Assembly: GCA_963841435.1 (NCBI GenBank)
Contig: CAWJCS010000002.1
Coordinates: 800,001-864,000, forward strand
DNA: 64,000 nucleotides
Source of the DNA: an uncultured delta proteobacterium
GTDB lineage: Bacteria; Myxococcota_A; Polyangia; Polyangiales; Polyangiaceae
Direction: 5' to 3'
The notes beneath the pieces are model-generated. The model was not told the origin of the DNA. It did not search any database and worked only from the letters and a program-made list of their open reading frames with translations. The position numbers and the translations under genes were made by a program. Positions 43,062 through 56,809 of the stretch are shown one piece after another. The stretch's first letter is position 1. Every line of letters begins with the position of its first letter.

Positions 43062-43862
43062 ATGAGCCACGAGTTGAAGTCGAGGACTTTGGAAGCACAC
43101 GGTCGCCTTTGGGGTGCGCGCGCGAGGGACTGGGCCGACTTTCAGGAAGGGACGGTTCGCCCGGTTTTTCAGGCCGTGCTCGAGCGCACGGGCGTTGGGA
43201 CGGGAACGGTGTATCTCGATGCCGGCTGTGGCTCGGGCATGGCCGCAGAGATGGCTGCTGCGCGTGGGGCCGAAGTGTCCGGCGTGGACGCGGCGGAGGC
43301 GATGTTGTCGATCGCGCGATCGCGTGTACCGACGGGCGACTTCCGAAAAGGCGATCTGGAGGAACTGCCGTTCGCTGACGAAACCTTCGATGTGGTGACC
43401 GGCTTCAATTCATTGCAGTACGCGGGGAACCCGGTTGCGGCGCTGCGCGAGGTCGGACGTGTCACCAAGCGTGGCGGCTCGGTCGTGGTGATGACCTTCG
43501 GAGACCCGGAGGGCATGGAAGTGGTCGCTTTGCTGACCGCGCTCAAGTCGCTACTGCCACCCCCGCCCCCGGGAGCTCCGGGCCCGTTCGCGCTATCCGA
43601 CGAAGCAGTCCTGCGCCAGTTCGCAACCGACGCAGGGCTGGAACCCATCGAGGTCTTCGACGTCGACAGCCCCTGGATCTATGCGGACGAGGTCGCGGCC
43701 ATGCGTGGTCTGACGTCGACCGGGAACGCGGTCAGGGCGATGGAGCAGATCCCCGAGAAGGTCGTGACCCAAGCCTACGCGAAGGCAATCGCTCCGTTCC
43801 GCCAGTCCGACGGCAGCTATCGCGCGACGGCCTGGTTCCGTTGCCTTTTGGCGCGGCCGTGA
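43062..43862 (+). CDS. Class I SAM-dependent methyltransferase
   Basis: YLDAGCGSG, GVDAAEAML, GDLEELPFADETFDVV. Confidence 0.9.
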   Translation: MSHELKSRTLEAHGRLWGARARDWADFQEGTVRPVFQAVLERTGVGTGTVYLDAGCGSGMAAEMAAARGAEVSGVDAAEAMLSIARSRVPTGDFRKGDLEELPFADETFDVVTGFNSLQYAGNPVAALREVGRVTKRGGSVVVMTFGDPEGMEVVALLTALKSLLPPPPPGAPGPFALSDEAVLRQFATDAGLEPIEVFDVDSPWIYADEVAAMRGLTSTGNAVRAMEQIPEKVVTQAYAKAIAPFRQSDGSYRATAWFRCLLARP

Positions 43863-43924
43863 GTCCCCATCACGCGGCGCGGCTCGGTCCCTCCGGGCGC
43901 CCAGGTCGAAGGTGCTTGCTCGGT

Positions 43925-43961
43925 TGCGGGCTTTCCCGTGACCTGGATTGAATTTGGTAGA
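43925..43961. repeat. Isolated partial copy of the tRNA-linked 148-bp repeat
   Basis: tgcgggctttcccgtgacctggattgaatttggtaga matches gcagggctttgacgcgacctggattgaatttggtaga at about 50974-51010. Confidence 0.75.
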
Positions 43962-44160
43962 CGGGGCGTCCGTGGGACCTGTTGCCGTTGGCGGCTCCGT
44001 CGTGCAGATGTCGGCAGGCGACGCTCACACCTGTGTGCTCCTGACGACGGGCGCCGTCCGCTGCTGGGGTCTCGGAGAGCACGGACCGCTCGGCTACGGC
44101 AACGTGAACGACGTCGGCGACGACGAAACGCCCGCGTCGGCGGGGGACGTGCCCGCCTTT
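43962..44160 (+). pseudogene. RCC1-repeat gene fragment
   Basis: VVQMSAGDAHTCVLLTTGAVRCWGLGEHGPLGYGN...VGDDETPA, no start context. Confidence 0.7.
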
Positions 44161-45176
44161 TGGTCGCCATTCATTGCCAAATGCTCGGCAAGTGACCCGC
44201 CCTGGCCGTGCTCGATGAGGACCGGCCGATTCGCTAGCCTGGTCCCGGCTGGATCTTCGGGGAGCCCTTGATGAGCTCGGGGTGACACTGCCAGCTTCCG
44301 CCGCCCAGCCGTCTGAGACACCAAGTAGGCCGTCCGAGCGGTACAGCCGGGTGCCTAGGTGACACTTTCTGGGTTGTTTGGGAGCACGGACCGGGCGTGG
44401 GTCAGGTGTCGCGCGAGCTCCGCGCCGAGCTCGCGTTCGGACCCCTCCTCTCCCGCGAGAGCCGTAACGCGGGCGGCAGGATACGGTCCGTCCAGGGCTT
44501 CTAAGAATCGCGTCGTAGTCGGTGAGGAGATTCGAGCTCTGGCGGTTCGGATCGAGGGCTTTCTCCTGCTGGCGCAACGCCGGAAGCGACTTTGGACCGC
44601 TGCCATCGCGAGCGTGAGCGCGGCCTGCGTCTTCGCTGCGTCGAGGCGCGCCACGGACTTCTCGAGCGCCGCGAGCACGACCTCGTGCTGCTGCCTGTGC
44701 TGACGTTGTAAAAGAGCCGTCGGAGTCTAAGGAGACCAACGGGGGGGCGGGAAATCGCGGGGAGGCGAAGGCGCCATTCGCGGTTTCTAGAAACCTCGCT
44801 GAACCGCAATCCACAAGAGCAGGCACAGGACGCACGCAATACCGAGCATTGCTAGGGCGTCATCGGGCAGATCGTTGCCGCGCGTGACGCCGCCTTCGAC
44901 CTCGACGTGGACCATCCTCTGCTTCTTCTTCACGCGCTCGATATCGTGCTTGCGCCAGCGGCCCGGCCCGCAGGCTGGATCGCGCAAGATCGCCCGCGGC
45001 AACGACGTCTTCACGCTCCGGCTCCGCCCGCCAAGTGAGGAGAGCCTCCCCATCTCTCCGCTCGGTACGCGCGTCGCGTGACCAGCGCGATCGAGAGAGT
45101 CCGATGGCTTCTCGGAGCGCCGCGCCGAAACGAGGACGAGGCACCTGGCGAATGCGCCATGCGCGGCTCGGCGGCC

Positions 45177-45545
45177 CTACGCGCTCAAGGCTTCGAGCGC
45201 CGTGCCGAGGCCGAGCGAGAGCCCATTCGCGAGGCCCGAGAGTGCGACGGCACGAGTCCAACCGATATTGCGGAGCGTGAGCGCGTACAACAGCGCTTCG
45301 GCAGCGAACGCAAACAGCTCCGAGAGCCAGAGGCCCAGCTCTGGAGACGCGCGAAACAGCGGGGGGAAGGCGAACCACACGAGCGGGTGGGTGAGCACCT
45401 GGGCGAGGAGCGCCACCGCGAGGCGCCTCGGGAGTGGAAGGCCAAGGTCGCGCGTGCCGAGCGTCATGACGGGGAGCTCGACGAGCACGGTGAGCGCGAA
45501 GGCGACGGCCCAGGTCAGCGTTTGGTCAGGCTGCGGCGGATCCAC
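45177..45545 (-). CDS. Small four-TM membrane protein of unknown function
   Basis: ALTVLVELP, LTHPLVW, ELFAFAAEALLY, LSGLANGLSLGLG; overlaps the upstream gene's stop. Confidence 0.7.
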   Translation of the reverse strand: MDPPQPDQTLTWAVAFALTVLVELPVMTLGTRDLGLPLPRRLAVALLAQVLTHPLVWFAFPPLFRASPELGLWLSELFAFAAEALLYALTLRNIGWTRAVALSGLANGLSLGLGTALEALSA

Positions 45546-46513
45546 GAAGCGCGCTCCCGCGCATCAGCAGGTAGCCGCCCGCAGCAAGCTCCAGGTAGCC
45601 ATGAAAGGTCGCGACGGAGAGGTAGAGCTGGCGGGTGCGGTGAGCGTCGATGAACGACGCGCCGACGATTGCCAGCGCACCGAGAACGACCAGCCAGAGC
45701 AGGGGGCGGCCGAGGTCCTCGGCGACTGCCACGAGCATCCCACGGGCACCGGTTCCCGCCTTGTTCGTGTCGGCGAGCGGCACCCACGCGAGCCAGACCC
45801 GTAGTGGATGAGCTGCAGAAAGACATAGCTGAGGGCGAGCCCCACCGTGGCGCTCTTCGGCCACGCGGGCAGCGCCAGCGAAGTCTCCGCGAGCACGCGT
45901 TCGTTCCAGGCCGTGGCGACGAAAGCACCGGCGCTGGGTGCGTCAGGAACAACAGCACCGCTGCCGCAACGAGCAGCGCGAGAGGCGCCGCCGTGACGCG
46001 GCCCCGTGGACGAAAGAGCCACCACCAGAGCGCCACGCCTGCCAGGTTGTGGAAATGCGCAAAAACCAGGCGGGCGCTGAAAGGGAACGCGACGGCCCCG
46101 ATGCCAGCGAGCGCGACGAGGGCCGGCAACGCGCGGAGCCGCTGGCCCGTCGCGTCGGCCGCTCCGGCGAAGAACGCGACGGTCACGAGCGAGAACCCCA
46201 GGCCAACCTCCAGGTGTGCCCAGAGGGCGCCAGCCGGCAGTGCTGCCTCGAGACCACGTATCGCCACGAGGGCAGCCGACACGGCGAGGATCGCGACCGA
46301 GAGCTCACGGGGCAAACGCCGCCGGGCGACGAGGTACCGGTAGTCGGACGCCACGTGCACGACGCCAAAGAGTGCCGGTGCCAGCACGAACGGCACCCCT
46401 GGGCACGCAACCACGAGCAGAAGGGCACCGAGCGCCCAGAGCCAAACCGCGAGCATGACGCGCCGTTCAGCGCTTTCGCCGTACGCCGCGACCTCGAGGG
46501 CGCCCGCGGTCAT
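45526..46513 (-). CDS. Multi-pass membrane protein with His motifs (frameshifted)
   Basis: LFGVVHVASDYRYL, FAHFHN, FLQLIHY, ATFHGYLELA across ORFs 45515-46513, 45564-46025 and 45526-45864. Confidence 0.65.
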
Positions 46514-46728
46514 CCCCGCGTGCGAGCCCTGGAGCGGCGACTACGCTCGACGAAGAGCAGCGTGAGGCCGCTGAAGGCGAGCACCGCGGCGAGGGCGCTG
46601 CGCCCGAAATGCGTGTGCCCGGGGACCTCGCAACCGCAAGGAGACACGTCCGCGCGCGCAACGTTGGTCACGAAGAAGAGCGCAACGCCCACCATGGTGC
46701 TCTTTGCCCCAGAATGGAAAGCTCCCAT
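46510..46728 (-). CDS. Minimal secreted peptide with MYXO-CTERM-like sorting tail
   Basis: Signal ...VARA|DVSPCGCEVPG, then hydrophobic helix and RSRRSRAR; TGA overlaps ATG of the next gene. Confidence 0.6.
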   Translation of the reverse strand: MGAFHSGAKSTMVGVALFFVTNVARADVSPCGCEVPGHTHFGRSALAAVLAFSGLTLLFVERSRRSRARTRG

Positions 46729-46790
46729 GCGCCAGCATACACTCGGAATCGGCCCCATTGCAAGTCCCCCGGCCGCCTCCGAGCAGCCGT

Positions 46791-46860
46791 GGCTACGACC
46801 GCGCGCGCATCCAGGCCATCGCCGATCGGGCCCAGATCAACAAGGCGATGCTGCACTACC
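46791..46860 (+). pseudogene. TetR-family HTH fragment
   Basis: GYDRARIQAIADRAQINKAMLHY. Confidence 0.55.
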
Positions 46861-47099
46861 TAAGGGTGCCAAGTCTTGCTAACCGCCGTTCTGAGGATCC
46901 AAGGGCCTTCTATGGAAGCCGACCAGTTGCCGTGGCTTCCACGCGGCCGCCTGTCCGGCAGCGGCGGGTCGGCGAACCCCGAAGCCTCGGCCATCGCTTC
47001 AGCGGCCGGGCGCGCGGTGACTGCCGCGAAGCCGCCGTGCCCTGCAAAAAGCCCCGTCAAAAGTCGGGCGTCTGCGTGGGCATTATCGGGCTCGGGAGC

Positions 47100-47583
47100 C
47101 CATGCCCGCCCACCACTCAAAAGCTCACCGTCACGGTGGGGGCCGGCTCCAATACTTGCGATGCCGACTTCACGTTCATGCCGATCTCTACCGGTGGCGG
47201 GTGGGTGATCCCCACCGACGACCGTGGACGGCGTTCACTACGATTTCCAGAGCGCCGGCGAGTTCACGGCCCTCCGCGAAGATGGGTTCGTGGTCCAGAC
47301 GCGGCAGAGCCCGGTGCCGACGGCCACGGTGCCGATCACCAACGCGTACACCGGCATCGCGCACTGCGTGGCCATCTACACCGCCGTGGCGGCCAAGCTC
47401 GGCACGTCGCGCGTGACGGTGCAGCCCAGTCCCGGCGCGGAGCCCGACCCAGCTCGTCGTGACCTCGAGCTTTTGGAACGCCCAAAAGCTCTGGTACCTC
47501 AACGTCAACGTCTACGGAACCTCGGCGCACGAGGGCACGATGGGCAAGCTCGCGCCGGCGGCCAAGGAAAGCAACTGGGATAA
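47100..47583 (+). pseudogene. VWD-domain surface-protein fragment(s)
   Basis: TTVDGVHYDFQSAGEFTALREDG..VQTRQ...IYTAVAAKLG; no N-terminus. Confidence 0.55.
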
Positions 47584-47799
47584 GGGAGGGACGGGAGCGG
47601 GAGAGTGTGCACCGTTTCGCTGACACGGGCGGGGCAGCGCGGGCGGACGCACGAGCGGGACCACGGTGCTCGCCGTCTTGCTCGTCCTCAACGGCGCCCC
47701 AGGCTGGCGCCGTGTACCGCGCCCGGCCTCACCTCCGGGCGCGGTCCTTCCGGAACGCGCGACGCCGATCTACGCTCGCTTTGAGCCGCCTGCCAAGGC

Positions 47800-48792
47800 T
47801 CAGCCTTTGATGAAGGCGAGCAGTTCCGGGTTGATGACGTCGGCATGCGTGGTGAGCATCCCGTGGGGAAAGCCCTTGTAGACTTTGAGCCTGCCGTTCT
47901 TCGGCAGCTTAATCGACTTCGAGCGCAGCGTCTGCGATCGGCACGATCTGATCGTCGTCACCATGCAAAACCAATGTCGGCACGGTGATCGCCTTTAGAT
48001 CTCCTGTCTGGTCGGTCTCCGAGAACGCCTTGATTTCATCGTAGTGCGCCTTGGCGCTGCCCATCATCCCCTGACGCCACCAGTTCTGGATCACACCGGG
48101 GTAGACCTTCACGCCCTCGCGATTGAAACCGTAGAACGCGCCGGCCGCCACATCGAGAAAGAGCTGTGCTCGGTTGTCCGCGACTCCCTTGCGAAAGCCG
48201 TCGAACACCTCCATCGGTAATCCTCGGGGTTGCTGCTGGTCTTCAACATCAGCGGAGGCACTGCGCTCACGAGCACGGCTTTGGCGACGCGCCCGGCGGG
48301 TTGACCGTACTTTGCGACATATCGGGCGACCTCGCCGCCGCCCGTCGAGTGACCGATATGGATGACCTTCTTCAGGTCGAGTTTCTCCACTACCGCGAAG
48401 GCATCGGCGGCGTAGTGCTCGATGTCGTGGCCGTCACTGACCTGAGCCGAGCGACCGTGCCCGCGACGGTCATGGGCGACGACTCGGTAGCCATGCTGTA
48501 CGAAAAACAGCATCTGAGCATCCCAATCGTCGGAAGAAAGCGGCCAGCCATGATGAAACATGATTGGCTGATCCTCCTTCGAACCCCAGTCCTTGTAGAA
48601 GAGCTCGATGCCGTCTTTGCTGGTAACTGTGCTCATCGTAATTGGTTCTTTCAGGGTGCTGAGGGAAGCGCGCGGTTGAGCGGGGATCGAAGCCGCGTTG
48701 GGCATGCATGTGAGCATCGTGAGGCCGGCACCGCCGAGCAGAATATCCCGCCGAGTCGCGCTGGTTTCCAGGAATGATGGGGGATTGGTCAT
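47800..48792 (-). CDS. cpo: Non-heme chloroperoxidase / arylesterase alpha/beta-hydrolase, possible Tat leader (two frameshifts; alternative start 48636)
   Basis: FYKDWG, FHHGWPLSSDDWD, HDRRGHGRS, GHSTGGGEV, HGDDDQIVP, YKGFPHGM...LLAFIKG; TRRDILLG leader. Confidence 0.8.
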
Positions 48793-49066
48793 GAGCCCTT
48801 TATGTCTTCGAGTGCGTGACGCGCTCCCCCCAGTGCACGCTTCATGCCTGCGCCTTGCCGCGATATTTCAGCGCAGATCCACCGAGCTGACCACGCCGCG
48901 CGCGGCAATCAGCTGACGAATCCTTGGCACGAAGGCGGCGGACCGGCACGCGCGGCAGGGCACGCTCGTGCGGCGCCAAGGGAGATCGACTGGAAGAATC
49001 GGGGCGATGTTTGGCCTCAGAGGGCGCCCAGGTGCGCAAGACGATGACGATGGCGCCCTCGCTGGC

Positions 49067-49082
49067 TGGCACGCTGCATGCT
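49067..49082 (+). promoter_or_regulatory. Candidate sigma54 promoter before a small ORF (49108-49299)
   Basis: TGGCACGCTGCATGCT (GG-N10-GC) followed by RBS GGAGG and ATG at 49108. Confidence 0.45.
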
Positions 49083-49551
49083 CTTTCTCGGGGCTCGGAG
49101 GAACGACATGCCGAGCCAGCGATGCCCTCGAAAACGTGACGACTCATGGACGCCCTTCACTGTCCAACGCTTCGCTCCCGGAGCAACGACGCTGGATGAG
49201 GCGTCATGTGGCGCTTCGCGGTCCTCTTCGGCGCCCGTCGAGGCTAGGGCGTCCAAAGCGACTACGCCGTCGAGCGGCGACGATCCCGGGTTGACGTAAG
49301 GCGCGCATGTGCGATCCGGGCCGCTGGCTTCTGAGCAGTCTCTTCGCGGCGCCGAGCGTGTTTTTCTTCACTCGGCTCTTCCGAGCCGCGGTCACGATCC
49401 GCCGGCGGGATCGATCTTCTCGGACTTGGGACCGACTCCTCGCGCGCGTGGTCGGACGGGCGCGGTCACGAGGGGACTCGTGGCGAGCGGGCGTGTGCGG
49501 GTGGGCGTCTCCCGACGACCACGCCCGCGCTCGCGGTGGGCGTGAGGCCCA

Positions 49552-49845
49552 CGATGTACTGGTGCACGGTGCCTACTGCGCGGCGTGAGGATGATGCAGC
49601 GTACGTGGCAGACTGAGACCGGCGGGACGGTGTGCTGGTCGGGCACTCCTACGGCGGCAGCGTCATCAGGGCAGCGGCGATGGGCAAGAAGAACGTCATC
49701 GCGTTCGCCCCGGAGGCTGGCGAAACGGCGATCGGCCTCTCCGGGAAATTCCCCGGAGCCACGCTCGGTGAGGCGCTCGCCCCTCCCGTACCGCTCGGGA
49801 ACGGCAAGATGGACTTGTACATCGAGCAGAGCAAGTTTCGCCTCC
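49552..49845 (+). pseudogene. Degraded alpha/beta-hydrolase fragment
   Basis: VLVHGAY, LVGHSYGGSVI, AFAPEAGET, DLYIEQSKF with internal deletions. Confidence 0.6.
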
Positions 49846-49892
49846 AGTTGCAGTGCTCGGGTGCAACGTCGCGAGTCATCTCAGAAAAAGGC

Positions 49893-49913
49893 GGCGTCCC
49901 CAACGGGATTCGA
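49893..49913 (-). other. tRNA-Glu-type 3'-end fragment (att-like scar)
   Basis: Minus strand TCGAATCCCGTTGGGGACGCC, the T-loop to acceptor end typical of bacterial tRNA-Glu; the rest of the tRNA is absent. Confidence 0.6.
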
Positions 49914-50023
49914 GCGCTAGTGAACACCGCGGAGATGGCAGAATTTGTGCCGATTCGAGTGCGGGTGGTGGCGTGCCCCGGGGGTCGCACGGTCGCTCCG
50001 AGATCAGGTAGAATAGCGAGACC

Positions 50024-50263
50024 ATGAGCGCGCCTGGTCCGGACGACGCAGCGACACGCGCGCAGGCTAGGCGGCAGCGCATGACCCTCCGAAAGACGCG
50101 CCTCGGCGAGCCAGAAGTCAACCTGAGCCCCGTGTTCGGCGCCGAAGCCGTCTCCTTGGTCTACCGGTTGACGCGCACGAGCTACAGCCTCGCCCGGGAC
50201 GCCCAACCCGCCTACACGCGCGCCAACATGCCCTACAGGTTCGTGCCCAGGCGCGCGACTTGA
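50024..50263 (+). CDS. Small putative antitoxin/partner of the downstream nucleotidyltransferase
   Basis: 79-aa ORF whose TGA overlaps the TTG start of the NTase. Confidence 0.6.
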   Translation: MSAPGPDDAATRAQARRQRMTLRKTRLGEPEVNLSPVFGAEAVSLVYRLTRTSYSLARDAQPAYTRANMPYRFVPRRAT

Positions 50264-50718
50264 TCGAGCTTCCGGAAGATTTTCGCGATCTGCTGCTCGC
50301 GCTGCACGACGCCGGCGCGGCGTTCGTGGTGCTCGGCGGACACGCGGTCGCCTTCCACGGGCACCCTCGCGCGACGAAGGACTTGGACGTGCTGGTGCGA
50401 GCTGACCGTGCGAATGCGAACTTGGTCTATCGCGCGCTCGCCGCGTTCGGCGCGCCGCTGTCCGCATTCGAGGTCGGGGAAGCGGACTTCGCGACCTATG
50501 ACGGCGTACTGCAGATGGGCGTGCCACCGCTTCGTATCGACATCCTGAACCGGGCCGACGGCATTACGTTCGATGAAGCCGTCGCCGACGGAGAAAGCTT
50601 CGACCTCGAGGGGCGTCAGATCCCGGTCATCGGGCGGCCGGCGTTGCTCAAGAACAAGAGAGCAGCGGGCCGCGAGCAAGACCTCGCAGACGTGAAAGCC
50701 CTCGAACGCATCAAGTGA
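50260..50718 (+). CDS. Nucleotidyltransferase (Pol-beta superfamily, DUF6036-like)
   Basis: VVLGGHAVAFHGHPRATKDLDVLV, RIDIL, NKRAAGREQDLADV. Confidence 0.85.
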   Translation: MIELPEDFRDLLLALHDAGAAFVVLGGHAVAFHGHPRATKDLDVLVRADRANANLVYRALAAFGAPLSAFEVGEADFATYDGVLQMGVPPLRIDILNRADGITFDEAVADGESFDLEGRQIPVIGRPALLKNKRAAGREQDLADVKALERIK

Positions 50719-50846
50719 TCCGCGACAGCGAAACCGCCCTCCCTGATAATCTTTGTGATTTAGGGAGGGCATTTTGCCGATGGCTCGGGCTGCTGCGCGC
50801 TGGGCGCGCTTTTCGTAGAATCCCACGCCATGTTTGGCGCGACGGT

Positions 50847-51326
50847 GATTGTATTTGGTAGAAAGCGCGCCCGAAAGGATTCGCCACCGTCGGCCCAGTT
50901 TGTAACCTTGCGGTACGTCAAGCTGCAGACAGCGCTGCGGAGTCGGACGAAGGTCGAATCCGGTTGTGCAGGCGCAGGGCTTTGACGCGACCTGGATTGA
51001 ATTTGGTAGAAAGCGCGCCCGAAAGGATTCGCCACCGTCGGCCCAGTTTGTAACCTTGCGGTACGTCAAGCTGCAGACAGCGCTGCGGAGTCGGACGAAG
51101 GTCGAATCCGGTTGTGCAGGCGCAGGGCTTTGACGCGACCTGGATTGAATTTGGTAGAAAGCGCGCCCGAAAGGATTCGCCACCGTCGGCCCAGTTTGTA
51201 ACCTTGCGGTACATCAAGCTGCAGACAGCGCTGCGGAGTCGGACGAAGGTCGAATCCGGTTGTGCAGTCGCAGGGCATTTGCGCGACTGGATTGTATTTG
51301 GTAGAAAGCGCGCCCGAAAGGATTCG
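50847..51326. repeat. tRNA-linked tandem repeat, about 3.2 x 148 bp, each unit carrying 19 bp of the tRNA-Arg 3' end
   Basis: gcgcgcccgaaaggattcg at 50865, 51013, 51161 and 51308 (periods 148/148/147) with near-identical intervening sequence. Confidence 0.92.
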
Positions 51327-51350
51327 AACCTTTGACCTACGGCTCTGGAG
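51308..51350 (-). other. att site: 43-bp duplication of the tRNA-Arg(CCG) 3' half
   Basis: Identical to 62864-62906 except one base (51346 vs 62902, in the anticodon). Confidence 0.9.
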
Positions 51351-55454
<4,104 letters not shown>

Positions 55455-55457
55455 AGC

Positions 55458-55640
55458 GTGTGTCCGAGCGGTGGGCCGAAAGCACACGGAAACGCCGTTG
55501 TTTGCACACGCTCCCCTCGCGTGTGCGGTCCGCGTCTGTAGGTGTGCATTTGCGGGGTTTTCGTGTGCTTTTCGTATGCTGAGCCCTAGGCCCTCGGCAG
55601 ACACACCGCACACACCTAGGGGTGTGCGTGTGCCGGGCCC
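55458..55640. promoter_or_regulatory. Candidate replication origin: GTGTGC/GCACAC iteron cluster with palindrome
   Basis: GCACAC at 55482, 55504, 55608; GTGTGC at 55521, 55542, 55563, 55622, 55628; directly after the helicase stop. Confidence 0.55.
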
Positions 55641-56140
55641 GTCTGCTGCGAGGGACAAGCGCGGTTACTAGGTCCCGCCGCCACGCGCCCGCCGCGCTCG
55701 AGCACCCGCCCCCCGCCGTCCGCGCCCGGCCCCGGGCCGCGTGGTCGTGGCCATGGCCGCCGCTCGTGCCCGTGGCGGCGTGCCGCCCGGCGCCGCCGCC
55801 GTGGTCGCGCTTGAACACCCGTCGCCGCGCCGCGGCCCGCGTCGGTCCGGGCCACGCCTTGCCGCCCGCTCACGAATCACGCGCCCGTAGGACACGTCGC
55901 GGGCCGCGGTCGACGCGTCGCCCGTCCACGCCTCCGCGCGCACGCGAGCGCGACGCGTGGTGCTCGCGTTGACCGGGATACGTACGGGGTACCCCCCTCC
56001 CAAACGGGACCCCTCTACGCGCGTTTTTGGGACAACGCGCACATTTTCGCTTCAAAACGTGACGCCCGCGCACTGATTGCCGCGAATCCTCGCGTTCTCG
56101 CGTCGCTCCCGTGTTTTGGAGCACGTGCTATTATATTGAC

Positions 56141-56649
56141 ATGGGCCGTCCTCGCCTCGACACCGACGAGCTCCGCGCCGCGCTCGCGGTCGCGGGTGGG
56201 CGGCCAGCCGTTGCCGCAACTGCGGGCTCGGCTCGAACGCGCCGGGCATTCCGTCTCTCGCTCGACGCTGGCTAGGCTCCGGGCTCGGGAGCGCGCCAGC
56301 ACCGGCAAGGCTCCTCGTTCCGCCCGCACGCCGGCACCCGCGGCGGCGCACCGTGGCGGCGTCCGCGGCCGTAGCGGAGCTCGAGCACGCCGCGGCCGAG
56401 GCCGTCGAGCTCGGCGGGCTTGATGCCTTGAAGCGCACGCAAGCGAGTGTGCAACGCGCAATCGACGAGCAGGTCCGGTTCGCCGGCTCGGAGGCGCGCG
56501 CCGCCCAATCAGCGGCCAGGCTTATCGACTGCAACTCCAAGCTGCTGCGCGCGATTGACGACTTAACCCGCGCACCAGACAGTGGCAACCGCTGGCCAAC
56601 GCCGCGCATGCCGAGCTACTCGAGCGCGTTCGAAGCAAGCTCGCGTTGA
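56141..56649 (+). CDS. HTH + coiled-coil protein, possible small terminase (frameshifted)
   Basis: MGRPRLDTDEL..., LERAGHSVSRSTLARLR HTH, then helical ORF 56353-56649; extended -10 TGCTATTAT at 56126-56134. Confidence 0.4.
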
Positions 56650-56809
56650 CGAGGACCTCCGCGGGCGCTTGGCGGCGCTCACCGAAAAGCACAAGCGCGC
56701 TACGGAGATGAATGAGCGATTTTCGACGAGCGTTACGAGAGGCTAAACCCAAAGTGAAAACAGACACCCGCGCCGAGCTCGCCGCGTCCGCGTCCGCGGA
56801 GGCGTCCAC

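Noticed and set aside
44200-45100. Short ORFs (44355-44678, 44787-45053) in the patchwork region
   Set aside because: No recognisable motifs or reliable starts; probably further gene remnants
50950-50965. GGATTCGAC (minus strand) resembling the tmRNA 5' motif inside the repeat
   Set aside because: No GGGG acceptor start, tag reading frame or matching 3' end
50847-51326. CRISPR array
   Set aside because: The intervening sequences are near-identical rather than unique spacers, the period is 148 bp, the repeat is a tRNA end, and no cas genes are present
51308-51350. Second tRNA with CCA (Trp) anticodon
   Set aside because: Only the 3' half is present; it is the att duplicate with one mismatch, adjacent to unreliable sequence
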